A stretch of DNA of 59,926 nucleotides from a virus. This document shows, piece after piece, positions 8,476-15,900 of this stretch. The notes beneath the pieces are model-generated. The model saw nothing but the letters and a program-made list of their open reading frames with translations, ran no database searches and was not told where the DNA came from. The position numbers were made by a program, and so were the translations under genes. The DNA is taken from the IMG/VR virus record IMGVR_UViG_3300022205_000002; one strand, 5' to 3'. Position 1 is the first letter of the stretch, and the number at the start of each line of letters is the position of its first letter.

Positions 8476-8758
8476 TTTTCAATTCTCCCTTTTTCCTGTG
8501 CTTCTTCGCTATAATCTCGGCCTCATATGCGCATTTTTTGCAAGAATAATACTTATCCCCTAACCCAGAATACATATGTCCATCCGGTATTACCTCAACA
8601 CTGCCGCCCATGCAATATATACACATTTCCAAATCACAACCGCAGCAGATTTTAATATCCGAACGCTTCCCCAAGATGCGATTGCAATGATCGCAACGTA
8701 TTTCCTCTTCTTTTATCAATATGCGATCACAATGATCACAACGTATTTCCTCACTCAT
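8465..8758 (-). CDS. Cys-rich zinc-ribbon-like protein (97 aa) with an internal repeat
   Basis: EEIRCDHCDRIL and EEIRCDHCNRIL are duplicated, followed by CCGC...CIYC...CKKC. Confidence 0.55.
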   Translation of the reverse strand: MSEEIRCDHCDRILIKEEEIRCDHCNRILGKRSDIKICCGCDLEMCIYCMGGSVEVIPDGHMYSGLGDKYYSCKKCAYEAEIIAKKHRKKGELKNEN

Positions 8759-8760
8759 AC

Positions 8761-9639
8761 CTAACTCGCTTTCTTTATAAAATCAAAACCCGGAACATCG
8801 ATAAAATGCGCATGTCCTCCGTGGGCTATAGCGAACGGCAACGGTGGCATTTCATTATAGTGCAAGTAATATGCGACTTGGTGAAAGTGAGACAGGAACA
8901 TTTTAACAGCGTAGCGTCGCGCCCTTGCGTGAATATGCGCCGGTGGCAATTTTCCAGCGGTATAGTATTTATAAGCGTCGGTATCTTTGCCTATTCGCTT
9001 ATTAGCCAGTACCGCTTCGGCTTGCGCTTTAAACGCCAACGTATCATTAAGCGCTATCTCTTTCAGCTTTTTAGTTTTGTAAAGTTTGCCATAAAATGAC
9101 TTTTCATTATTTGAAGTCTTTACGAACGCCTCGCCCATCTTCCAGCATAGCGCTTTCAGTTCAGCGTTCCATGGCCGCTTCTGTCCTTTCTCCCATTTTT
9201 GTATACGCTCATTCGGCATGCCCTGATACTCTTGGCACGGGCCGTTTATACCGGCGTAACTCCATATGTGACCCGCCGTAGGCGCTTTGGTTATATCGAT
9301 ATGGGCTATCAATCCGGCGGCGATCACCGGCCCGATTCCTATATTATTCCTTGCCCATTGTCCCAGTTCACTACTTTTAGTGTAAATATCTAATGCAAGT
9401 TTTATCTGGTTTTCCAGTGTGTGATTGTTTTTACTGAACCAATTTAACACCTCGTGTGGCTCTGTAGATTCCTGCAAACTGCGAATCTGGTTATCTGTCA
9501 TGATGCGCCTGTCTTGCATTGCGTAGTATGAAGCGACAAGGAAGCGCGCCTCATTGATGCTGATACCGCTAAGCGCTTTTTTCAAGTCCTTATTCAGTTT
9601 TACTACTGATTCCAATTCTGTCTGCTCTGTTGTATTCAT
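8761..9639 (-). CDS. Helix-hairpin-helix protein resembling only the C-terminal (Transposase_20) domain of IS110-family recombinases
   Basis: 292 aa. NIGIGPVIAAGLIAHIDITKAPTAGHIWSYAGINGP...KRPWNAELKALCWKMGEAFVK resembles the IS110/IS116/IS902 C-terminal pattern. No DEDD/RuvC-like N-terminal domain was recognised, and the Ser-Gly region is replaced by an insertion. Confidence 0.35.
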   Translation of the reverse strand: MNTTEQTELESVVKLNKDLKKALSGISINEARFLVASYYAMQDRRIMTDNQIRSLQESTEPHEVLNWFSKNNHTLENQIKLALDIYTKSSELGQWARNNIGIGPVIAAGLIAHIDITKAPTAGHIWSYAGINGPCQEYQGMPNERIQKWEKGQKRPWNAELKALCWKMGEAFVKTSNNEKSFYGKLYKTKKLKEIALNDTLAFKAQAEAVLANKRIGKDTDAYKYYTAGKLPPAHIHARARRYAVKMFLSHFHQVAYYLHYNEMPPLPFAIAHGGHAHFIDVPGFDFIKKAS

Positions 9640-9678
9640 TCTAGTTTCTCCTTTATTTATGATTGTTTGTTTTCTTCA

Positions 9679-10068
9679 TTATCTGCCACAACAGCTCCAC
9701 CAACTACTCTTCTGTGAACTATCATTTTTATTATTTTTCATAGCCATCTTCTGTGATAACTTTAACGCTTCTTCGGCTTTTTGTTGTTCACGACGGTTAA
9801 ATTCTTTTGCTTTAACTATATGCTCCTCCCACGTTTCGATATAACTTTCCTTGCTCGTATGAATAAAGTTTGAATCTACGTCATACACTTTAATTAGAAC
9901 ATCATCACTGCCGTTTATAAGTTGCAAGGCAACATCGAAGGCGTTTACAGCATTCACTATAGCAGGGCATCTATTGTATACACCATGTGGAATAGACATA
10001 TAATTTTCGTAGTCGTTCTTGGTGGATTCAAAGACATAAACCAATTGTCCAACTTTAAACTTACTCAT
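9679..10068 (-). CDS. Hypothetical protein (129 aa), N-terminal paralog of 25703..26056
   Basis: MSKFKVGQLVYV... versus MSKFEVGQIVYV.... AAGGAG sits upstream of the ATG. Confidence 0.6.
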   Translation of the reverse strand: MSKFKVGQLVYVFESTKNDYENYMSIPHGVYNRCPAIVNAVNAFDVALQLINGSDDVLIKVYDVDSNFIHTSKESYIETWEEHIVKAKEFNRREQQKAEEALKLSQKMAMKNNKNDSSQKSSWWSCCGR

Positions 10069-10111
10069 TATTTCTCCTTTATTTATGATTGTTTATTTTC
10101 TTCATTGTTCC

Positions 10112-10276
10112 CTAGTCGTGTATTTCCAACCATACGCAGGGTTCTTTTTCTTCTGTCACAGTCACGGCAATTATCCTGTTAACGCACTGCCCGCATCCCT
10201 CCGCCCATACTTCCATATCTTCGTCCAGTTCTGATAGTTGCGCTATCAATTCCTTGACCGTTATGGCTTTACTCAT
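10112..10276 (-). CDS. Hypothetical protein (54 aa)
   Basis: I chose the internal ATG at 10276 (MSKAITVKEL...), which overlaps the upstream stop as TAATG and has GGAGG upstream. Confidence 0.5.
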   Translation of the reverse strand: MSKAITVKELIAQLSELDEDMEVWAEGCGQCVNRIIAVTVTEEKEPCVWLEIHD

Positions 10277-10446
10277 TATTTCGCCTCCTTTTCCGTCCGC
10301 AACCATTCCCGCATTATATAAGAATCCGTTATATCTTCAGCAGCGCATTCTGAACAGATATAGACGTTCTTATCTTTCCCTATAGCCATAGAATACTCGT
10401 CGAGAACATTACCACAAGAACATTTATTATCTTTATTGTCTATCAT
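10276..10446 (-). CDS. Small Cys-containing protein (56 aa), below the ORF-track cutoff
   Basis: Hand translation: MIDNKDNKCSCGNVLDEYSMAIGKDKNVYICSECAAEDITDSYIMREWLRTEKEAK. GGAGGTG sits upstream of the ATG at 10446. Confidence 0.45.
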   Translation of the reverse strand: MIDNKDNKCSCGNVLDEYSMAIGKDKNVYICSECAAEDITDSYIMREWLRTEKEAK

Positions 10447-10559
10447 TATTTCACCTCCACATTGTTAGTTATGTCAACCGTCAAACGTTTTTTGACAGTT
10501 GATATTATCCAAAGGTTAGTTCTACTCATACTTACAAACCCACCGCATTGTTCCATGTA

Positions 10560-10796
10560 CTACTCCAGTCTATAACTATAAGTTCTATAACTATAAGTTT
10601 CGTATTTTACATCATTAAAAATTGGCGCATTATCTTCCCACCATTTTTTACAGCCTTCACAATAACTAGAAAAAGGGGAAGAAGGAATAAAGTTTAAACC
10701 CTTTCCGCAGGTCTGGCACCAGAAATTAGCGTAGATATCAAGTGGGTTAAGACCGCACCTCTTGATAACATTCATATGCCAGTTAATTATGCTCAT
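10560..10796 (-). CDS. Cys-rich small protein (78 aa)
   Basis: Start taken at MSIINWHM (ATG 10796), which overlaps the upstream stop as ATGA. CQTC...CEGC pairs suggest a zinc ribbon. Confidence 0.5.
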   Translation of the reverse strand: MSIINWHMNVIKRCGLNPLDIYANFWCQTCGKGLNFIPSSPFSSYCEGCKKWWEDNAPIFNDVKYETYSYRTYSYRLE

Positions 10797-11115
10797 TCCA
10801 CATCCTCCCCTTTGGCTTTGGCTATTATTTTTTCCATGCACTGTATATCTCTAAAAAGCCACTCACGATCTGCTTTAGTTACTTCTCTCTGCAACCTCAT
10901 AAATGCGTAAAACTTACACAAATGGGCCCTAGCCAATATCAACGCCTCCAACATATCCGGCGCGGCGGCTATGAGATAAGCATTTGCTTTGCTTTGTTTT
11001 CTTTATCATCTTCAGTGGTATCATCTAAAGCATAACAGGAGGCTACATGCCGCCTATCTTTAGATCGGACGTGTAAATTAGAAACCCACCAAGGCCCCGG
11101 TGTATGCTTACTCAT
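10793..11115 (-). pseudogene. Frameshifted gene of the 'TPGPW ... ANAxLIAAAPDMLEAL' small phage protein type, split by a 5-nt tandem duplication
   Basis: Frame 1 reads MSKHTPGPWWVSNL...DDKENKAKQMLIS* (10969..11115). The next frame reads ...KANAYLIAAAPDMLEALILARAHL...GEDVE* and ends at 10793. The junction sequence is AAAGCAAAGCAAAT, and removing one AAAGC unit restores a single ~105-aa ORF. Confidence 0.6.
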
Positions 11116-11392
11116 CTTCCCCACCTTTCTTTAGTTTCATCAATAATAGTTCAGGTGTCCACGGCTCAATAAAAGCCGGATAGAAACAACCGCCCAATTC
11201 AAGCCCTGTCTTTCGCTTCACTCTCCATTTGCGTGCACCCTCATCCTCATCATTTACTATAATCAAGGTTTTGGTTATTCGTGTGACTTTAGCCGAGTAC
11301 CAGATCGTCTCATCATCTTCGTTTTCACTTAACAGAACCTTATCGCCAACCTTCAGTCCGGCCAGCCATTCTTTATACTTCTTATTCATCAT
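11108..11392 (-). CDS. Hypothetical protein (94 aa)
   Basis: Co-directional ORF. No motif recognised. Confidence 0.55.
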   Translation of the reverse strand: MMNKKYKEWLAGLKVGDKVLLSENEDDETIWYSAKVTRITKTLIIVNDEDEGARKWRVKRKTGLELGGCFYPAFIEPWTPELLLMKLKKGGEDE

Positions 11393-11397
11393 ACCTC

Positions 11398-11694
11398 TTA
11401 TTCATCCTCCCCACTTTCCGACATTAGAGTGTCAATTCTGTCCTCTATCCCTGTCATTTTCTGAAAATGATATTCGTGGCACAACCTCAAGACCTCCAGT
11501 TCTGTAAGCGCCTTGTCCGCCGTAAACTTGGCGCTATGGTCTTCTTTGGGATGGTAACGCAAAACCTCTTGCTCACTATAACTATCAGCCTGGATGCTTA
11601 TGCGCCCCACCGTATACGCTCTATAATTACCCGTCTCCGGATAGAACACATAGAACGTATCACCAACCGCAAATTTCTGTGTAATCGTTTTCAT
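11398..11694 (-). CDS. Hypothetical protein (98 aa)
   Basis: Start taken at MKTITQKF, preceded by AAAGGTGAATAGT. The same start context is used by 11708..11932. Confidence 0.55.
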   Translation of the reverse strand: MKTITQKFAVGDTFYVFYPETGNYRAYTVGRISIQADSYSEQEVLRYHPKEDHSAKFTADKALTELEVLRLCHEYHFQKMTGIEDRIDTLMSESGEDE

Positions 11695-11707
11695 ACTATT
11701 CACCTTT

Positions 11708-11932
11708 CTATAATCTCTTCAACATGTTTTGCGCTTCCTCTTCTGATAGGAAAACGCGATTAAACGGCATATAAAATCCCGTACTAGCAAGCTCATACGT
11801 AGTAGCATAATTGTGATTGGTAATTATTCTTGTATGAATTGCTTTGACATTATCAATAACAATATACGGTACTCCACTATCCCCTACAACTATCACATAG
11901 ACCTTTGTTCCTGTTTCTGGCATGTTGCTCAT
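11708..11932 (-). CDS. Hypothetical protein (74 aa)
   Basis: Start taken at the ATG after AAAGGTGAATAGT. The track's first 'M' is a GTG that overlaps the upstream stop. Confidence 0.55.
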   Translation of the reverse strand: MSNMPETGTKVYVIVVGDSGVPYIVIDNVKAIHTRIITNHNYATTYELASTGFYMPFNRVFLSEEEAQNMLKRL

Positions 11933-11933
11933 A

Positions 11934-12164
11934 CTATTCACCTTTCTTTAATGCGTTTTGCGCCTTGTTAATCATTACCATAATTTCATCAGGCGGCTCT
12001 ATAACATAGCTTTCATGATGACCATGCCCTACCCTAGAGTTTGTAGTTTTGTCCGGGTCTAGGTTAGCGGATACATATTTCTCAAAATACCTTATATCGT
12101 TTATTGCGATATATAAAGCTCCCTGTGAGGAGGTAGTCAACCGCACAAATCCTATTTTGTTCAC
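11934..12164 (-). CDS. Hypothetical protein (76 aa from GTG)
   Basis: GGAGG sits 6 nt upstream of GTG 12164, which overlaps the upstream stop by 4 nt. The track's ATG at 12194 would overlap by 34 nt. Confidence 0.45.
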   Translation of the reverse strand: MNKIGFVRLTTSSQGALYIAINDIRYFEKYVSANLDPDKTTNSRVGHGHHESYVIEPPDEIMVMINKAQNALKKGE

Positions 12165-12364
12165 ACCTTCCCTCCTCTTATCTCTGTATAACAATCATTA
12201 TACCCTTGGTTATAGCTTTTGCTCTTTTCCTCAAGCAGGAATTTTAGCAATTCATCATCAATCATTTTCAGGCGTTTTGCCCAGTCAAGATAAGACGCGC
12301 CCAGCTGTTCCTTAAACGTCTTATTGACCACGGAGTTTAACCGCTCTTTAATATCGTTACTCAT
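12161..12364 (-). CDS. Hypothetical protein (67 aa)
   Basis: The first ORF downstream of the iteron array. Confidence 0.5.
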   Translation of the reverse strand: MSNDIKERLNSVVNKTFKEQLGASYLDWAKRLKMIDDELLKFLLEEKSKSYNQGYNDCYTEIRGGKV

Positions 12365-12388
12365 TTTTTCCTCATGTTATTGTTATAG

Positions 12389-12647
12389 GTCATTCATGTT
12401 TTTTGTTACTATCTTAAGCTATGATTCATTCTCGCTTTTCTGTTACCATCTAGGGGCATGATTCATTCTCGCTTTTCTGTTACCATCACTTAGCTTGATT
12501 CATTCGCATTTTATGTTACTGTCTCATATTCTGATTCATTCTGTTAAATGTTACTCTCCGGTATCTGATTCATTCCTGATTAATGTTGCTATCTTTTTGC
12601 CTGATTCATTCCCTGATCTTGTTACTATTTCCACACCTGATTACTTA
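12389..12647. repeat. Iteron array: about 8 direct bipartite repeats, TGATTCATTC-N7-9-TGTTAC, with a 33-37 bp period
   Basis: TGATTCATTC starts at 12422, 12459, 12496, 12532, 12566 and 12602, with degenerate copies at 12389 and 12638. TGTTAC follows 17-19 nt later. Units 2 and 3 are identical over 30 bp. The array fills a 280-bp non-coding gap. Confidence 0.85.
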
Positions 12648-12977
12648 TAACGCTGTCCAACATTCCGGTTTTTCAGCGTTAATATATTTGATAATTTCCT
12701 CTATCAAATTAATATCGTGATATCGTAAAAGCGCGTTAATGATAACAGTATCCATCGGCCCTGTCACTTTGAAAAAGTTATCATCATAGCTGAATTCAGT
12801 TATCTTGTATTTCAAGTCCTGTATGTCAATCAGGAACCCGCGCTCATGGCATGTACAAGTAGCGTCGTGGCTTTTTACTTCCCGTGTCACCATAACCGTA
12901 AATTCAAGTCTGTGGCGCTCTATTCGATTGTTCACTCTCGTCTTGATATTGAAGTCAAGATTTATTTCCTGTTCCAT
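12645..12977 (-). CDS. Hypothetical protein (110 aa)
   Basis: Start taken at MEQEINL (ATG 12977), with GGGAGA upstream. Confidence 0.5.
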   Translation of the reverse strand: MEQEINLDFNIKTRVNNRIERHRLEFTVMVTREVKSHDATCTCHERGFLIDIQDLKYKITEFSYDDNFFKVTGPMDTVIINALLRYHDINLIEEIIKYINAEKPECWTAL

Positions 12978-12994
12978 TTTATTCTCCCTATATA

Positions 12995-13312
12995 TTATAG
13001 TATCTTTTTCCACCACGGCAAAGCCCTATCTTCTAGTATTTCCAGAAGACTAAGCCCTTCTTTACGGATAACCTGTATACGATGCCTCGGCTTTATTTCG
13101 CAGCTTTCAAAGTACCGCTCAAGAATAGGTCTATATACTAGCCCTGTAGTTTCATTCCAACTTGGGTTATCGTCTTTTTCGGGGATATCATATCCCAAGT
13201 TTTTAAGATGGGTAAAAATATCATCTATTGTTATTCCGTTGAACCCTGCATCCCTTCCCATTCTAAGAACGTCGAGCGTAGGGTCAATCTTTTTCTCCAT
13301 CTTATTCTCCAT
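12995..13312 (-). CDS. Hypothetical protein (105 aa)
   Basis: Co-directional ORF. No motif recognised. Confidence 0.5.
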   Translation of the reverse strand: MENKMEKKIDPTLDVLRMGRDAGFNGITIDDIFTHLKNLGYDIPEKDDNPSWNETTGLVYRPILERYFESCEIKPRHRIQVIRKEGLSLLEILEDRALPWWKKIL

Positions 13313-13329
13313 TATTCTATTGTTCGTTA

Positions 13330-13533
13330 TCAGTCATAAGACCAGAGCGACATTAAAAGCCACATATCGAACAAGTCCTGTTGAGTGCGCGTTGTCTTGC
13401 ATTTATCAAGCGTGTCCCTGTCGCTGTACGCTTGATTAAACAAGTCAAGCTCTTTATTCAATCGCGCCTCGTTAATTTGATGCCTTGCCAAAGTTTCCGC
13501 CTTTTCTTCATCCGTCAATTTCAGTGTTTCCAT
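13330..13533 (-). CDS. Hypothetical protein (67 aa)
   Basis: Co-directional ORF. No motif recognised. Confidence 0.5.
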   Translation of the reverse strand: METLKLTDEEKAETLARHQINEARLNKELDLFNQAYSDRDTLDKCKTTRTQQDLFDMWLLMSLWSYD

Positions 13534-13554
13534 TTGTTCTCCCGTATGTTATAA

Positions 13555-13980
13555 TTATTGATTGCATCCCGGCCATGGCCGTTTATCTTTAGTCCCGCCG
13601 AAGTACGGCCTTGCCATATTCTTTTCTATCAAAAGTGTTGACAGATTCACATTGTTTATGATAAGCTCGCCAACTGCGCGTCCGGCGTACTTGCCTAAAA
13701 TAACCTTATCTACTATAACACGCGGGCCGTGTTTTGCGATATAGGCTTTTACAAACTCCTTCGCTTGTAAGCCTTGTCTTTTTTCGCATAGGTTCTTTGT
13801 CCGCGATTCTGGCGTGTCGATGCCGTAAAGGCGCAAATCGATCATTTGAACCAATCCCGGCCATAGTTCCACCGCCACCGTGATGGTATCTGCATCTTTT
13901 GCTTTGATCACTGTAGCGTTGTACGGCCCATACGCCGGGTTACTCGCCGCCAGCAATACAAATAACATTATAGTTTTCAT
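13555..13980 (-). CDS. Secreted thermonuclease (staphylococcal nuclease, SNase)-like protein
   Basis: 141 aa. N-terminal signal-like MKTIMLFVLLAASNPAYG, then KDADTITV...DLRLYGIDTPE, typical of SNase-fold nucleases. Confidence 0.6.
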   Translation of the reverse strand: MKTIMLFVLLAASNPAYGPYNATVIKAKDADTITVAVELWPGLVQMIDLRLYGIDTPESRTKNLCEKRQGLQAKEFVKAYIAKHGPRVIVDKVILGKYAGRAVGELIINNVNLSTLLIEKNMARPYFGGTKDKRPWPGCNQ

Positions 13981-13999
13981 TTATCTTTACCGGTTTTAG

Positions 14000-14200
14000 T
14001 TAAAAATTAGATTCTTCTCGTGGTTTGTTGGATGCGCTTATATGATGCAAGTCTACCTTTCGCGCCAATCCTACATGTATCATCTTCTTGCAATGAATAC
14101 AAGGAAGATGGAAGTATGCTGATCCGTAAAATTCTACATTATCGATAGCTTGGGATAGAATACAATTTTCTTTTCCGCAATGTGGGCACTTGTTTTCCAT
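14000..14200 (-). CDS. Zinc-ribbon protein (66 aa)
   Basis: MENKCPHCGKENC...LPCIHCKK. Start taken at the ATG at 14200. Confidence 0.5.
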   Translation of the reverse strand: MENKCPHCGKENCILSQAIDNVEFYGSAYFHLPCIHCKKMIHVGLARKVDLHHISASNKPREESNF

Positions 14201-14205
14201 GATCT

Positions 14206-14427
14206 TTACTCCCAATAAAGTTTGCCGGACATAGCCCCGCGCACCGGTGTTAGTCCAAGGCTTTTCATGGCCTGATGCTTTTGCGCTTTCCAGATGTTAG
14301 CGCCTTTACGCTTTGCGCATGCTGAACACAATTCCAGCCCGTGTTCTTCGCGTATCGGCTCAACATCTTTAGTGCAGGGCTTTCGCAATCCCTCGATTTT
14401 GCGTGTTCCATCGTTTGCGCATTTCAT
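14206..14427 (-). CDS. Small Cys-containing protein (73 aa), paralog of 14632..14829
   Basis: Shares the N-terminus MKCANDGTRKI(E/T)GLRKPC with its paralog. Confidence 0.55.
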   Translation of the reverse strand: MKCANDGTRKIEGLRKPCTKDVEPIREEHGLELCSACAKRKGANIWKAQKHQAMKSLGLTPVRGAMSGKLYWE

Positions 14428-14654
14428 GATTTCACCGTCCTTTTATATCCTTGATAAGAAAACAGGGCTTCCCATTTACTACCGCACTCTAAGCAAACAT
14501 ATGAGCGGCTTACTGTCTCAAAGTCGATCATATACAAGCTGGCATCGGGGGTATCATCCGGGTCTGGATCAGTTTCATCGCTATGACAGTTTGGGCAAGT
14601 GAATGAATTCTCGTGTGTGAATTCACTTTCATTAAACTCTTTCGTCTTTTCCAT
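14424..14654 (-). CDS. Zinc-ribbon protein (76 aa)
   Basis: Start taken at MEKTKEF. CPNC...CLEC pairs are present. Confidence 0.5.
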   Translation of the reverse strand: MEKTKEFNESEFTHENSFTCPNCHSDETDPDPDDTPDASLYMIDFETVSRSYVCLECGSKWEALFSYQGYKRTVKS

Positions 14655-14829
14655 GATCTTGTTCTCTCTGTTTTGAAAGATTAGCATTGCGTCTTTTTTG
14701 ACACGCAGGACAAAGGCCGTTCCATTTCCCGGCGGCTTTCATTTGTGATTCAAGCCACTCCGATATGTTTCGCTCGCAGGGCTTTCGCAGTCCTGTGATT
14801 TTGCGTGTTCCGTCATTCGCACATTTCAT
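14632..14829 (-). CDS. Small Cys-containing protein (65 aa), paralog of 14206..14427
   Basis: MKCANDGTRKITGLRKPC...CPACQKRR. Confidence 0.55.
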   Translation of the reverse strand: MKCANDGTRKITGLRKPCERNISEWLESQMKAAGKWNGLCPACQKRRNANLSKQREQDHGKDERV

Positions 14830-14895
14830 GATCTTATTCTCCTTTATCGTTATACCGCCGGGGTTTCCCCCGGCCAGTGGCTTTGTTGGGTTGGC

Positions 14896-15099
14896 TTACT
14901 CTGTGATTCGGTCGATTACCCAAGTGATATCACTTTCATCATAAGAGCCGCATAGCTCCCGTGCGGCTTCATTAGCATACTCTTTGGCTAGCCTTTTTAT
15001 TTCCTCTTTGCTGGTCTTTTCCAAGTCTACACCTTCGACTTCAAAGCCATAAGCGATAATATGGACCAGCTCTTCTCTTGTGATTTCGTTCTTTTCCAT
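14896..15099 (-). CDS. Hypothetical protein (67 aa)
   Basis: Start taken at MEKNEITREEL (ATG 15099), just downstream of promoter/leader cassette copy A. Confidence 0.5.
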   Translation of the reverse strand: MEKNEITREELVHIIAYGFEVEGVDLEKTSKEEIKRLAKEYANEAARELCGSYDESDITWVIDRITE

Positions 15100-15100
15100 G

Positions 15101-15172
15101 ATCTTAACCCCTTTTAAATTGTTATTGTTTCTCATATCTATATACAATACACTATTCATGCCAAAGCCAACA
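15101..15172 (-). promoter_or_regulatory. Conserved promoter/leader cassette, copy A (minus orientation)
   Basis: The reverse complement reads TTGGCTTTGGCATGAATAGTGTATTGTATATAGATATGAGAAAC...AAAAGGGGTTAAGATCATG. It shares TTTGGCA(Y)G..GTGTAT..TATATA..TATGAGAAAC..GGGG(A/T)TAAGAT with copies B and C. Confidence 0.45.
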
Positions 15173-15320
15173 ATCAATAAATTCAATCACTTAGCAAAGC
15201 AGCGTTATCGAAACATTGAATAAAACGTTTAACAGTATAACGAAACGATAGCCAAAACGTTCAATTGTGCATATCCTGGAAACTGGCTGTTATGTAACTG
15301 CTTGTAAATCAATGGTTTAT

Positions 15321-15401
15321 ATTTTTGGTATTTTGGCATGGTGTATGCAACTATATATAAGTATGAGAAACGAGAATAACGAAAAAGGAAAAGGGGATAA
15401 G
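15321..15401 (+). promoter_or_regulatory. Conserved promoter/leader cassette, copy B (plus orientation)
   Basis: TTGGCA (15333-15338), a 17-nt spacer, TATAAG (15356-15361), then TATGAGAAACGAG...GGAAAAGGGGATAAG and the ATG at 15402. Confidence 0.5.
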
Positions 15402-15584
15402 ATGGACTATACAAAATACAACAACATGATAGACGGAACCATGGTGGGCGTTTATGAGTGGACTGATAAACACGGTAATAAAACATACGAGGCGACGACA
15501 TTCGCACAGACGAAAACTTTTAAGACTGCCAGTGCGGCCTTGAAGTGGTTTGAGCGACATGCCCCAAAGTCTTTGCTTAAGTAA
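15402..15584 (+). CDS. Hypothetical protein (60 aa)
   Basis: Start taken at MDYTKYNN, directly after the conserved GGGGATAAG leader. Confidence 0.5.
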   Translation: MDYTKYNNMIDGTMVGVYEWTDKHGNKTYEATTFAQTKTFKTASAALKWFERHAPKSLLK

Positions 15585-15588
15585 GATC

Positions 15589-15900
15589 ATGAGCGCAATA
15601 AACTATGAAAAGCTGTATAGAGCGTGGGGGATAACTGCGACTGTTAAAAAACATCCGGAAGGGCATAAAGATACATGGTTGATCAGCTTTAGCTTTGGAA
15701 CTTCCAACATTATCTGCTGCGAATGGTGGAAGATAGACGGTAAGCCAAGATGGGAAAATGTTTTGACGCATTACATACAGCGCATAAACGAAGGCTCCTC
15801 AACATCTTTATGCAAAGATATAGAGAATGAATTGTGCATCATTCAAAAACCCTATCATTTTGGTATTTTGGCACGAATAGTGTATCTATATAAGGTATGA
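15589..15900 (+). CDS. Hypothetical protein (103 aa)
   Basis: Start taken at MSAINYEK. Its 3' end reads through cassette copy C. Confidence 0.45.
   Translation: MSAINYEKLYRAWGITATVKKHPEGHKDTWLISFSFGTSNIICCEWWKIDGKPRWENVLTHYIQRINEGSSTSLCKDIENELCIIQKPYHFGILARIVYLYKV

Noticed and set aside
10969-11022. Stop-codon reassignment (for example TGA read as sense) as the explanation for the split GPW-type gene
   Set aside because: TGA is used as a genuine stop in many ATGA or TAATG gene junctions in this genome. Long ORFs are intact under the standard code. The split is fully explained by a 5-nt duplication.
12389-12647. Could the regular ~36-bp repeat array be a CRISPR array?
   Set aside because: The conserved part is bipartite and short (10 + 6 nt). 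The 'spacers' are only 7-14 nt and partly conserved between units. The repeats are not palindromic and no cas genes are present. Iterons fit better.
12846-13439. A 197-aa plus-strand ORF
   Set aside because: It spans three consecutive minus-strand genes and their junctions. Its composition is hydrophobic and Ser-rich low complexity, with no RBS. The minus-strand chain is coherent.
14857-14874. The GC-rich hairpin GCCGGGG-TTTC-CCCCGGC between two minus-strand genes as a terminator
   Set aside because: No U-tract follows on either strand. It may be an RNA stability or processing hairpin, but the evidence is too thin to call. The shared CCGGGG core with the tRNA-like element termini is probably coincidental.
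15331-15350. A sigma54-like -24/-12 element (TGGCATG-N4-ATGCA) in promoter cassette copy B
   Set aside because: The -12 GC is not conserved in copies A and C, which read TGGCA(Y)GAATAGTGTA. A sigma70-type TTGGCA/TATAAG reading fits all copies better.
15229-15590. Minus-strand ORFs 15229..15507 (92 aa) and 15351..15590 (79 aa)
   Set aside because: They overlap the divergent promoter region and the plus-strand small genes, which have conserved leaders and RBSs. The sequences are Cys/Phe/Leu-rich with no start context.
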